Below are positions 9,576 through 18,953 of a DNA stretch of 64,000 nucleotides, in pieces. Each line of letters begins with the position of its first letter. Position 1 is the first letter of the stretch. Origin of the DNA: Alphaproteobacteria bacterium (GTDB lineage: Bacteria > Pseudomonadota > Alphaproteobacteria > Rickettsiales > UBA1997); contig BJGH01000002.1 in the NCBI GenBank assembly GCA_014190355.1, positions 1,992 through 65,991 on the forward strand. The letters run 5' to 3'. The position numbers and the translations under genes were made by a program. The notes beneath the pieces were generated by a model. It had not been told where the DNA came from. It did no database searches and saw only the letters and a program-made list of their open reading frames with translations.

Positions 9576-10826
9576 TTAATTTTTTCTATTAAAAGTAATA
9601 AAAAATAACAAAATTATACTAGGAATTACTAGTATTGTTGATAAAATAAAAAATCCAAACCATCCCAAAAATTGGGCAAAAATTCCTCCACTTGCTGATA
9701 AAAAACTTCGTGAAAAGCTTGCTAAAGAAGAAAGTAGAGCATATTGAGTTGCACTAAAGGCAACGTTACATAATCCGCTTAAATAAGCAACAAATACTGC
9801 ATCTCCTATTCCACCGCTGGAATTTTCAATCAAAATCACCAAATATAGTAATAACGAATTATTTCCTATTTGCGCTAGGTAAGCAAAAGATAAATTCGAC
9901 AAACCTTGCATTAAAATTGCAATCCATAGTGAGCGATGAAGACCGATTTTTTTTACCAAAAAACCACCGATCAGAACTCCCAGCAGTGTCGCAAATAATC
10001 CAAAAGTTTTAATTATTGTAGCGATTTCAACTTTTGTAAAACCCAAATCCATCAAAAATGGTAGGGTTAAATTACCTGCAAAAATATCGGTTAATTTAAA
10101 TAAAATAATAAAAATTAAAATCAATAACCAATTACGATGTCTCGTAAAATCAACAAATGGCTCAATTACAAAATTTTTAAACCATAAACTAAAATCAAAT
10201 TTTTTTTGCGACGATTTTTTATACCAATCTACTCGTGATTCGTCGGCAACTAAAGTGGTAACAATGCAGCCAGCCATAAACATCGCCATCAGCCAATAAA
10301 CCCAATACCACGACATCAAATCAGCCATTGCTAAAGCAAGTGCCCCCGATATTAACATTCCAATTCGATAGCCATAAACATAACAACTTGTTGCAAATCC
10401 TTGATCTTGATTTTTGATAATTTCAATACGATAAGCATCAATTACCACATCTTGACTTGCCGAAGCAATAGCAATCAATATTGCAAATATTGCGATCAGT
10501 GTAACCGAGTTAGTAATTTGCACCATTCCCAAACTAGCGATAAAAAAAACTAACAATAATTGACTAAAGATTATCCACGATTTACGCTGTCCTAATTTTT
10601 TACTAAAATATGGTAATGCCAAAGAATCAATGACAGGAGCGAAAAAAAATTTTAATGAATATGGAATACTAACTAAACTAAAAAAACCTATGGTTTTTAA
10701 ATCAAATCCTTGATCAACTAACAGCGCCTTGAGTGTTGATAAAACCAAAGAAATAGGCAAGCCAGAGCTAATACCAAAAAGAAAAACTATTGCTAAATTT
10801 TTGATAATTTTAGTTTTTTTTGCCAT
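9576..10826 (-). CDS. ampG: AmpG-family MFS muropeptide permease
   Basis: GISSGLPISL...DLKTIGFFSLV...ASASQDVVIDAYRIE...GYRIGMLISG aligns closely with E. coli AmpG as I remember it. 416 aa, polytopic. Confidence 0.85.
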   Translation of the reverse strand: MAKKTKIIKNLAIVFLFGISSGLPISLVLSTLKALLVDQGFDLKTIGFFSLVSIPYSLKFFFAPVIDSLALPYFSKKLGQRKSWIIFSQLLLVFFIASLGMVQITNSVTLIAIFAILIAIASASQDVVIDAYRIEIIKNQDQGFATSCYVYGYRIGMLISGALALAMADLMSWYWVYWLMAMFMAGCIVTTLVADESRVDWYKKSSQKKFDFSLWFKNFVIEPFVDFTRHRNWLLILIFIILFKLTDIFAGNLTLPFLMDLGFTKVEIATIIKTFGLFATLLGVLIGGFLVKKIGLHRSLWIAILMQGLSNLSFAYLAQIGNNSLLLYLVILIENSSGGIGDAVFVAYLSGLCNVAFSATQYALLSSLASFSRSFLSASGGIFAQFLGWFGFFILSTILVIPSIILLFFITFNRKN

Positions 10827-10992
10827 TAAAATTTTATTTTAAAATTTTAGTTTTAATTTTTTGTTTTTAAAAAAAATATCTAATAAAAAATTTTCATTTT
10901 TTATTAAAATTAAATTGCAAAAGTTTAAATAACAAAGTAATTTTTTTACTTTAAACAAAATATTTTGTATTTTTAACTTAATTTTAATTTTT

Positions 10993-11544
10993 ATGTTCGA
11001 TCACAATGATCCAAATAAAATATACGGAACTACCATTCTTTCAGTTAGAAAAAATAATCAGGTGGCAATAGCTGGCGATGGTCAAGTTTCTTTGGGTAAT
11101 ACGGTTTTAAAATCTAATGCCCGTAAAATTCGTAAACTTGGCGATGGCTCAATAATTGGTGGTTTTGCTGGAGCTACTGCAGATGCCTTTACTCTCTTTG
11201 AAAGACTTGAATCGAAACTAGAACAATATCCTGGGCAATTAATGAGAGCTTGTGTTGAACTAGCCAAAGACTGGCGAACTGACAAATACTTACGAAGACT
11301 TGAAGCAATGATGATAGTAGTTGATAAAAATATTACTCTAGTTCTCACAGGAACAGGTGATGTTGTTGAACCTGAAGATGGAATAATCGGTATTGGCTCA
11401 GGGGGAAATTATGCTCTTAGTGCTGCTCGAGCGTTAGCAACTGTTGATACCTTATCAGCCAAAGAAATTGCTGAGAAATCACTTAAAATTGCAGCCCAAC
11501 TTTGCGTTTTCACTAATGATAATATAATTATTGAAACTTTATAA
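10993..11544 (+). CDS. hslV: ATP-dependent protease subunit HslV
   Basis: [39 protein letters not shown] short N-terminal propeptide precedes the Thr-Thr, as in other alphaproteobacteria. Confidence 0.9.
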   Translation: MFDHNDPNKIYGTTILSVRKNNQVAIAGDGQVSLGNTVLKSNARKIRKLGDGSIIGGFAGATADAFTLFERLESKLEQYPGQLMRACVELAKDWRTDKYLRRLEAMMIVVDKNITLVLTGTGDVVEPEDGIIGIGSGGNYALSAARALATVDTLSAKEIAEKSLKIAAQLCVFTNDNIIIETL

Positions 11545-11600
11545 ATAATTATTAAAAATTGTTTTAGAATAATAATATCTAAAATTAACAACATAAAATA

Positions 11601-12953
11601 ATGAAATCACTTAAAAATCTTTTAATTAATTTTTTATTTCTTTTATTTACTTACTTTATAGTTACTAAAACCTGTTTTTCAGCAATTACCTTAACAATAA
11701 ATAGTAGCGGATTAGAACAAAATAAAATTTTACTTCAAGGTTTTAGCTCATCAAATACTGAACTCAATGAAACTATAAATATTATCAAGAACACAATTAC
11801 TAAAAATCTTAACACCACCAATCTTGTTCAAATTATTGAAAACCAAACATTTTTATCCACTAACAATTCCCCAGAAAATATAAATACCGAATCAATTCCT
11901 GATTTTAGTCAATCAAAACGCCTTGGTATTGATAATTTGTTAGTTGCCAATTTTAATTACAATGCTCGTGGAGATCTTGAATTAAAGATTAGAATGTGGG
12001 ATGTTCAAGATCAGCGTCAGTTATTTGGCAAATTTTATACCGCATCCTATGATAATTTCCGTAAACTATCGCATTCAATTGCTAATGAAATTTTCAAAGC
12101 AATTACTCAAGAAGCAATTGGTCATTTTTCTTCAAAAATTGTTTATGTTTCAGAAGTGGGGCAAGTTTTAAAAAGAATTAAAAGATTAGCTACAATTGAC
12201 TTTGATGGTGAAAACCATCGCCTTCTTACCGATGGTAAAGAATTAGTTCTAACACCAACCTTTTCTAAAGATAAACAAGAAATTTTCTATCTACGCTATT
12301 TTGAAAAAAAACCACAGATTTTTTCTCTTAACCTACGAAATATGCATAGCCAAAAAATTGGAGGTTTTAAAGCAACTACATTTGCTTCATCACCTCATCC
12401 CAAGGATTCAAATCTGATTTTATTATCGGCAATTATTGATGGTAATTGCGATATTTTTGAGCTCAATATTTCTGGCAATTTTGCTAAAAGACTTACCAAA
12501 AGTCCAGCCATCGATACTACAGCTTCATATTCTGCCGATGGCAAACAGATTGTCTTTGCTTCTGATCGTGAAAATAATCAACAACTCTATGTTATGAATA
12601 ATGATGGAACGCAAATTAATCGGATTAGTTATGGTGGAGGATCATACTCTAAACCATCTTGGTCAAGTGATAACAAATTAATTGCCTTTACTAAAATTAA
12701 AGGTGGACAATTCATGATTGGTATTATGAATGCTAATGGCAAAAATGAAAAAATCCTTACCACTGGTTATCTAGTTGAAGGAGCAAAATGGTCTCCAAAT
12801 GGCAGATACTTAATTTATTCCAAAAAAACTGGTCCATACGGATTAAATTCAATACCTAGACTCTTCACTATTGATATTGTAACTGGTTATGAATACGAAA
12901 TTCCTACACCAAAACTTGAAGGTGCAAGCGATCCAGATTGGATACTCGAATAA
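11601..12953 (+). CDS. tolB: Tol-Pal system periplasmic beta-propeller protein TolB
   Basis: 450 aa with a signal peptide. The C-terminal half has repeated S-x-DG-x-I-x-F blades (SYSADGKQIVFASDRENNQQLYVMN, WSSDNKLIAF, WSPNGRYLIYS). Confidence 0.85.
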   Translation: MKSLKNLLINFLFLLFTYFIVTKTCFSAITLTINSSGLEQNKILLQGFSSSNTELNETINIIKNTITKNLNTTNLVQIIENQTFLSTNNSPENINTESIPDFSQSKRLGIDNLLVANFNYNARGDLELKIRMWDVQDQRQLFGKFYTASYDNFRKLSHSIANEIFKAITQEAIGHFSSKIVYVSEVGQVLKRIKRLATIDFDGENHRLLTDGKELVLTPTFSKDKQEIFYLRYFEKKPQIFSLNLRNMHSQKIGGFKATTFASSPHPKDSNLILLSAIIDGNCDIFELNISGNFAKRLTKSPAIDTTASYSADGKQIVFASDRENNQQLYVMNNDGTQINRISYGGGSYSKPSWSSDNKLIAFTKIKGGQFMIGIMNANGKNEKILTTGYLVEGAKWSPNGRYLIYSKKTGPYGLNSIPRLFTIDIVTGYEYEIPTPKLEGASDPDWILE

Positions 12954-12970
12954 ATTTTTTTTAATTAATT

Positions 12971-14053
12971 ATGCCGATTTATTTTTTAAAAAGATTTGCT
13001 CTAATTTTCCCAACATTGTTTTTTATAGTTTTAGTGAATTTTTTCATTATTCAAACTGCTCCAGGTGGTCCAGTTGAAAAATTTATTAATCAACTAAATC
13101 ATCAAAAAATTTCCTCAGAAACTTTTGATAACTCCTTAAATTTTAAAAACCTTAATTTTGATAAATCCTCTTCGATTATAAAATATCAAGGATCACAAGG
13201 AATAGATCCGGAAATTATTAGTAAAATTGAAAAGCTATATGGATTCGATCTACCTTTGGTTGAGAGATTTTGGTTGATGTTAAAGAAATTTATTATTTTT
13301 GATTTTGGTGAAAGTTTTTATCAGGATAAAAAAATTAGCGATCTTTTAATTGAAAAATTTCCTGTTTCGCTTTCTCTGGGATTATTTAGCACTTTAATCA
13401 TTTATATAGTATCTATTCCCTTAGGAATAAAAAAAGCTCTCAATGATGGCAGTAAATTTGATATTGTCTCAAGCGCTATAATTATTATTCTTTACGCTAT
13501 TCCGGCTTTTTTATTGGCAATTTTTTTGTTAATTTTGTTTTGCGGCGGCAATTTTTTAAATATTTTTCCTCTACGAGGACTTACCTCAGACAACTTTTCC
13601 GAATTAAATATTTTTCAAAAAACCTTTGATTATTTGTGGCACTTATTTTTACCTATAAGTGCAATGGTAATTGGTGGCTTTGCTTCTTTAACTTTTTTTT
13701 GTAAAAATTCTTTTATTGAAGAAATTAATAAAAACTATGTTATAACCGCCTATGCCAAGGGCTTGCAGCGCAATCAAATAGTATATCGTCATATTTTGCA
13801 AAATGCTTTACTAATTGTTATTGCTAATCTCCCATCGACCTTGCTAATTGTTTTTTTTACTAGTTCTTTACTTATCGAGATAATATTTTCACTTGATGGA
13901 CTTGGTCTTCTTGGTTATGAAGCTATCCTTAATCGTGATTACTCATTGATTTTTGCAACTCTTTATCTTACAAGCTTAATTGGCTTAGTTACCAATATCA
14001 TCACCGATCTTTGTTATTTTTTAATTGATCCTAGAATAAATTTTTCCAAATAA
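12971..14053 (+). CDS. yejB: ABC peptide/microcin-type importer permease, YejB-like
   Basis: Near-colinear with E. coli YejB: FFIIQTAPGGPVEKF, YGFDLPLVERF, FPVSLSLGLFSTLIIYIVSIPLGIKKA, LIDPRINF. Confidence 0.85.
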   Translation: MPIYFLKRFALIFPTLFFIVLVNFFIIQTAPGGPVEKFINQLNHQKISSETFDNSLNFKNLNFDKSSSIIKYQGSQGIDPEIISKIEKLYGFDLPLVERFWLMLKKFIIFDFGESFYQDKKISDLLIEKFPVSLSLGLFSTLIIYIVSIPLGIKKALNDGSKFDIVSSAIIIILYAIPAFLLAIFLLILFCGGNFLNIFPLRGLTSDNFSELNIFQKTFDYLWHLFLPISAMVIGGFASLTFFCKNSFIEEINKNYVITAYAKGLQRNQIVYRHILQNALLIVIANLPSTLLIVFFTSSLLIEIIFSLDGLGLLGYEAILNRDYSLIFATLYLTSLIGLVTNIITDLCYFLIDPRINFSK

Positions 14054-14083
14054 TCCCATTAAATCCAATTGTATTTTTTTAAC

Positions 14084-14581
14084 TTACAAACTACGGTCAC
14101 TTTCTTTGTTCTGATTTTTTAAAAATTTTTGCCATAATTTTTGATCTTTAAATAAATCTTGCGGCAAGATTGATTTATTTTCTTTTAAAATTGATAAATC
14201 TAAACTAATTGAACTTACTTCTTTTTCTAAATTTTTAATTTTGACTTTATTTTTATAAAATTTTGTTAAGTTATAAACTGTTGTTGCTAATAGCAAAATT
14301 AGCCCTAAGCATGAAAATCCAATGGCAATTGTCGGTAGTGTAGTAATATATGTACTAAATAAGTTAGAACCATCAGCATAAGGAGAGAGAAAACCAATAA
14401 AAAGAGCGACAGTTAAAAAACCTAGGAGCAAAGATCTTTTAAGTTGTTTTTTGGAATCTTCTTTGGCGTTAGAGATTTTATCTTTCTTTTCCCTAAGTAT
14501 AGATCTAAAATAGCTAGAAGGAGCTGTTATATGATTTTTACTTTCTTCAGCTTCAATACCTGTAGTAGTCTCCTTTGACAT
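14084..14581 (-). CDS. Hypothetical membrane protein with a bilobed hydrophobic hairpin and a coiled-coil-like tail
   Basis: 165-aa ORF. Two hydrophobic segments (LLLGFLTVALFIGFL / LPTIAIGFSCLGLILLLATTVY) sit about 18 aa apart, flanked by charged termini. No family recognised. Confidence 0.5.
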   Translation of the reverse strand: MSKETTTGIEAEESKNHITAPSSYFRSILREKKDKISNAKEDSKKQLKRSLLLGFLTVALFIGFLSPYADGSNLFSTYITTLPTIAIGFSCLGLILLLATTVYNLTKFYKNKVKIKNLEKEVSSISLDLSILKENKSILPQDLFKDQKLWQKFLKNQNKESDRSL

Positions 14582-14749
14582 TATTAAATTATAAATTGGT
14601 TGTTAGCAAAACTTTAACTGTAATAAATTTTTTTTAAGTTAATGTCAATAATTCCTTAAGCTTTTATTTTAACTTAATTAATGATAATATTTTAAAAAAA
14701 GAATTTTATAGATACAATATTTTAAAACGTTATGTCATTTTTTGAAATA

Positions 14750-15541
14750 TTAATTTATAAAAAAACCATGCTCTTGAAGAATTTTTTGTGATTGTGTTTT
14801 TTTTAAAAATTTTAGAAATTCCCTTGCAACCTCCATATTATCACCAGCTATAACCAGAGCTCTGTAGTATATATTTTTATCTTTTTTTCTTGCTAAAATC
14901 TGTAAATTTTTGGCATGCCTTAAATGACTTGCAAAGATTAGTGCATAAGAATTTGGATCACTTGAAAGATCTCTAACTATTGAGTTTCTATCCTCAGGAA
15001 GTTTTGAAAAAACACTTAAATTTTCTAAAGTAAAATTTTGTAAAAAACTCTTAGCAAAATACCCAGATGAGTTTCCTTCATGATCTAATATAATGTTATT
15101 TTTCGATTTATCAATCAATTTTATTGCCTCTTCTAAACTTAGATTACTACCAATAAATTTTACCGGAAGTTCTTTGTTATTATTAGAAGTTACTAGAATT
15201 AGTTCATCATTTGCAATATATCCTATATTATAAACATCAATTAAACCTTTTTGCTTCATAGTTTCCGCAAATATTGGATGAGCAGAGATAAAAATATCAG
15301 CAGGCTCTCCAGAATCAATCTCGTCAACAAAATCAAGAGATGAGTTAAAGTTTACCGAAACATTTACTGAAAAATTTTGGGAATAAATTCGTGCAATTTT
15401 GGTAAGAGCAACAAAGAGATTAGGCTCGGCGTAAATTGTAAGATTTCTAACTGCATTGGCATTAACTTGGGTTAAGGTGATGACAAGCCCAAATATTAGA
15501 ATTGATAAAAAATTTATTTTTTTTTTAAAAGTGCAAATCAT
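14750..15541 (-). CDS. ModA-family periplasmic substrate-binding protein (molybdate/tungstate-type fold)
   Basis: Starts at internal Met45 (MICTFKKKINFLSILIFGLVITLTQVNA signal). LTIYAEPNL...GEPADIFISAH resembles the ModA motifs (TVFAAASL...GAPADLFISAD). The track ORF extension overlaps nrdB and is rejected. Confidence 0.6.
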   Translation of the reverse strand: MICTFKKKINFLSILIFGLVITLTQVNANAVRNLTIYAEPNLFVALTKIARIYSQNFSVNVSVNFNSSLDFVDEIDSGEPADIFISAHPIFAETMKQKGLIDVYNIGYIANDELILVTSNNNKELPVKFIGSNLSLEEAIKLIDKSKNNIILDHEGNSSGYFAKSFLQNFTLENLSVFSKLPEDRNSIVRDLSSDPNSYALIFASHLRHAKNLQILARKKDKNIYYRALVIAGDNMEVAREFLKFLKKTQSQKILQEHGFFIN

Positions 15542-15545
15542 TAAT

Positions 15546-16541
15546 TTAAACTGCAAGCATTTCTGTGCGATCAGAATCAATTTCAGCGAAGACTTCCTCC
15601 CATGTTCCGGTAGTTGATGCCTTACTGTACTCTGTAACACGGTTTTCGAAAAAATTGGTATGTTCAACACCATTTAAAATTTCATCTAACCATGGCAATG
15701 GATTAATGTCAATCATATAAATATCCTTAAGTCCAAGCTGATTTAGTCTTCGATCAGCAATATAGCGAATATAACGCTTAACTTCTCGAGAGGTTAAACC
15801 TTCAATATTTCCCATTTCAAAAGCCAGATCAATAAAAGCATCTTCAAAATGAACGATTGTGGCACAAGCTTCATACAAATTTCCCTTAAGTTGCTCATCC
15901 CAAACCTCTGGATTTTCTTGAACAAATGTTCTAAATAATTTAATTATTGAATTTGTATGCAGAGTTTCGTCACGAACAGACCAAGCTACAATTTGCCCCA
16001 TTCCCTTCATTTTTCCATATCGCTGAAAATTAAGAAGAATTGCAAATGAAGCAAATAGCTGAAGACCTTCGGTAAAACCTCCAAACACTGCTAAAGTTGT
16101 GGCAATATCTTTTTTAGTTTTTACACCAAATTTATGCATGTAATCGTATTTATCCTTCATCTCCTTGTATCTCATAAATGCTTGATATTCAACTTCTGGC
16201 ATTCCTATGGTGTCAAGTAGGTGCGAATACGCAGCAATGTGAACCGTTTCCATACTTGAAAATGCTGAAAGCATCATTTGAACCTCAGTAGGCTTAAAAA
16301 CTTGTGAATAATGCTTCATATAGCAGTTGTTAACTTCGATATCTGCTTGGGTAAAAAAACGAAAAATTTGTGTTAACAAGTTTTTTTCACTAACAGTAAG
16401 ATTATGTTTCCAATCGCGAACATCGTCAGCTAAAGGAACTTCTTCAGGAAGCCAGTGGATCTGTTGTTGCTTTAACCAACAATCATAAGCCCATGGATAA
16501 TTAAAAGGCTTGTATATTGGTTTTGAATCAAGAAGTGACAT
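15546..16541 (-). CDS. nrdB: Ribonucleotide reductase class I beta (R2) subunit
   Basis: Ferritin-like di-iron protein with HWLPEEVPLADDVRDW, SSMETVHIAAYSHL and VRDETLHT. 331 aa. Confidence 0.9.
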   Translation of the reverse strand: MSLLDSKPIYKPFNYPWAYDCWLKQQQIHWLPEEVPLADDVRDWKHNLTVSEKNLLTQIFRFFTQADIEVNNCYMKHYSQVFKPTEVQMMLSAFSSMETVHIAAYSHLLDTIGMPEVEYQAFMRYKEMKDKYDYMHKFGVKTKKDIATTLAVFGGFTEGLQLFASFAILLNFQRYGKMKGMGQIVAWSVRDETLHTNSIIKLFRTFVQENPEVWDEQLKGNLYEACATIVHFEDAFIDLAFEMGNIEGLTSREVKRYIRYIADRRLNQLGLKDIYMIDINPLPWLDEILNGVEHTNFFENRVTEYSKASTTGTWEEVFAEIDSDRTEMLAV

Positions 16542-16651
16542 AGATTTTAAAATTAAGATTAAATTTCAACTGAACCCAGTTTGCGAAAAATTAGCTTTAA
16601 TGATGATAAATTAAGGCTAAATCAATATTTAGTATTTTATTTGTTAAAAAT

Positions 16652-16667
16652 ACACTACTAATTGTGT
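16652..16667. promoter_or_regulatory. Candidate NrdR box upstream of nrdB
   Basis: The 16-bp palindrome ACACTACTAATTGTGT has the ACAC...GTGT arms of the published NrdR-box consensus (acaCwAtATaTwGtgt) but three central mismatches. It lies about 110 nt upstream of the nrdB ATG. I saw only one box. Confidence 0.3.
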
Positions 16668-17162
16668 ATTACAAATTTTAATATACAATTATTTTTTTAT
16701 TTTTTTTCAAAATCTTTCTCAAGCAAATACATTTAACATCTTTCAGCGATTTATAATTTTAATTAATATTTTAATTTTGTTTAAATATTATCTATTTTTA
16801 TTACTTTTAGTTAAAATAAAATTTATTATTTATAAAATAAAAATAATTTATCGTAACCTATCCTAATTTTTTTGAGAAAAAGATCAAAAAAAATCAACCA
16901 AATTTTAATTTTTCAAATTTAAAATATTTTACAGCAAAATTCCCTTAACTAATTTGCAGATTTCAAAGAATTTTAATTAAAAATTTAAGCTCATTTCAAA
17001 ATAGATCGTTATTATAATAATCAATTTTAGGTTCTAATTGCAAAAAATAATTTTAATGTTGAAATGATATTGTAAAATTAGTGATAATCTCAAAATTATA
17101 TTGGTAATTTTAAAAAATATTAACATAAGATGCTAGATTAATACCATTTCAATAAAAAAATT

Positions 17163-18953
17163 ATGACTAATCAATCAATTGATAGATTCGCTATAGATGC
17201 AATAATTCCAGCCCATCCCAAAGACTGCGAAATTCTTGAACATTGCATTAATGGCATTAAAAAAAATGTCAAAAATATTCGTCGAATTATAGTTGTTTCT
17301 AAGGACAAACTCACTGATAATGCCGAGTGGTTTGATGAAAATTTATATCCTTTTTCTTATAAAGAAGTTGCTGAATTGGTTAAAAATCAAGCAGTTGGCT
17401 GGAATTTTCAACAACTCCTCAAGCTTTATGCACCTTTAACAATTCCAAATATTAGTGACAATGTTTTAATCGTTGATGCCGATACTGTTTTTTATAAAAA
17501 AATATCGTTTTTTGATAAAGAGAATCGAGCTTTATACAACCTCGCCAAAGATCAAAATCTTTTTGCATCTGAATTTCAAATCAATACCTTAGCACATATT
17601 AAAAAAATTCTTTGGCAAGTTAGCGATTTAATTCCTGAACTTTTTGCTAGTAATCAACAAAATAATTCTCAACGCTCAAAAATCTTTTCTCAAAAACTTA
17701 ATTTTCTAGATGAAAAACAAAAACCCTTAGCATTAAATCTTGAATCGGGAATATGTCATCATATGTTGATACAAAAAAAGGTTATTTTATCTTTATTTTC
17801 GATGGTAGAGGGTAATTTTAAAAACCAAAAATTTTATCAAATATTTTTACAAAATCGTCAAAATAGTCATGGTGTAGCTGAGTATAATTTATATTTTTAT
17901 TTTTTAATAAGTCATTTCCCAAATGATTATGCAATTAGGCTCTTAAAATACAAAAACACCGCTAACTTTCACCCTATCTTTGAAAACATTCGCAAAAAAT
18001 ATCATTACTGCTCATATCATTCTTACATGAGAAAAAAAAGCTTTCTAAAACTTTGCTATGATTTTTTTTTAAAAAAAATTAACAAATTATTTTATTTTGA
18101 GCAATGGAATATTGGAATATCATCAGCTAAAATTAGCGATGTTTTAACCAATAATTTTAGCGTTGAATGGCTTAAAAACCCCAGCAAAACATCATTTAAT
18201 GCTGATCCTTTTATTTTTTCTTATCAAAATAAAACTTTTATTATTTTTGAACAATATTCATTATTTTTGAAGCGTGGTCGATTATTTTTAGCAGAACTTG
18301 TTGATAAAAAAATAATTAATCAAAAATTATTACTTGATAATCAAAAACATCTTTCTTACCCCTGCGTTTATGAAGAGCAAGAGCAAATCTATTTATGCTG
18401 TGAATCATACAAAACTAAGCAATTAGAACTTTTTCTTTTAGAAATGCCCGATCAAAAATTAACAAAACTTCGCGATATTTTTGTTGATAAAGCAGTGGTT
18501 GATCCAACCCTTTTTAAATATCAAAATTATTATTATTTATTTTATAGCCTCGCTAACAAGCCAAATGAAGATCTTTATCTAGCTTTTGCTAAGTCATTAA
18601 ATGAACCATTTATTGATCATCCCCAAAACCCCGTTAAATCTGATTTAAGCAATAGTCGTAGTGCTGGAAATTTATTTATCGATAATGAAAAATTATATCG
18701 ACCAGCTCAAAATTGTCAAAAAACTTACGGTGGTTCAATAGTTATTAACCAAGTAAAAATCTTATCGACAACTACTTTTAGTGAAGAAAAAATTATTGAA
18801 ATTTTACCTGACAAATTTTTACCATATAACCAAGGGATTCACACCATTAATTATCATAAAAATTTAATTATTGTTGATGGTAAAAAACTTAACTTTTTGG
18901 CTCTTAAACCTTTAATTGCAATTATTCGCAAATTTAAAAAATTTACTTGTTAA
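17163..18953 (+). CDS. Two-domain protein: N-terminal GT-A-like nucleotide-sugar transferase domain plus C-terminal beta-propeller-like domain (bacterial family often annotated glucosamine inositolphosphorylceramide transferase-like)
   Basis: 596 aa. N-terminal half: IIPAHPKD...RRIIVVS...GWNFQQLLKL...LIVDADTVF (DxD-like DAD). C-terminal half: WNIGI...NADPFIF...HLSYPCVY...VDPTLF...SRSAGNLF...YRPAQNCQKTYGGSIVINQV...GIHTIN. The family assignment is from memory and needs an HMM check. Confidence 0.5.
   Translation: MTNQSIDRFAIDAIIPAHPKDCEILEHCINGIKKNVKNIRRIIVVSKDKLTDNAEWFDENLYPFSYKEVAELVKNQAVGWNFQQLLKLYAPLTIPNISDNVLIVDADTVFYKKISFFDKENRALYNLAKDQNLFASEFQINTLAHIKKILWQVSDLIPELFASNQQNNSQRSKIFSQKLNFLDEKQKPLALNLESGICHHMLIQKKVILSLFSMVEGNFKNQKFYQIFLQNRQNSHGVAEYNLYFYFLISHFPNDYAIRLLKYKNTANFHPIFENIRKKYHYCSYHSYMRKKSFLKLCYDFFLKKINKLFYFEQWNIGISSAKISDVLTNNFSVEWLKNPSKTSFNADPFIFSYQNKTFIIFEQYSLFLKRGRLFLAELVDKKIINQKLLLDNQKHLSYPCVYEEQEQIYLCCESYKTKQLELFLLEMPDQKLTKLRDIFVDKAVVDPTLFKYQNYYYLFYSLANKPNEDLYLAFAKSLNEPFIDHPQNPVKSDLSNSRSAGNLFIDNEKLYRPAQNCQKTYGGSIVINQVKILSTTTFSEEKIIEILPDKFLPYNQGIHTINYHKNLIIVDGKKLNFLALKPLIAIIRKFKKFTC

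Noticed and set aside
16542-17162. Search of the long spacers (16542-17162, 21392-21860, 44260-44989, 52838-53389, 61226-62249) for tmRNA, RNase P RNA, SRP RNA or riboswitch cores
   Set aside because: By eye I found none of the conserved cores I know (the GGTTCGAATCC-type T-arm with CCA, the RNase P GGAAAGTCCGGGC element, the SRP GGAAGCAGCC element, the TPP CTGAGA context). A covariance-model scan is needed before excluding them.
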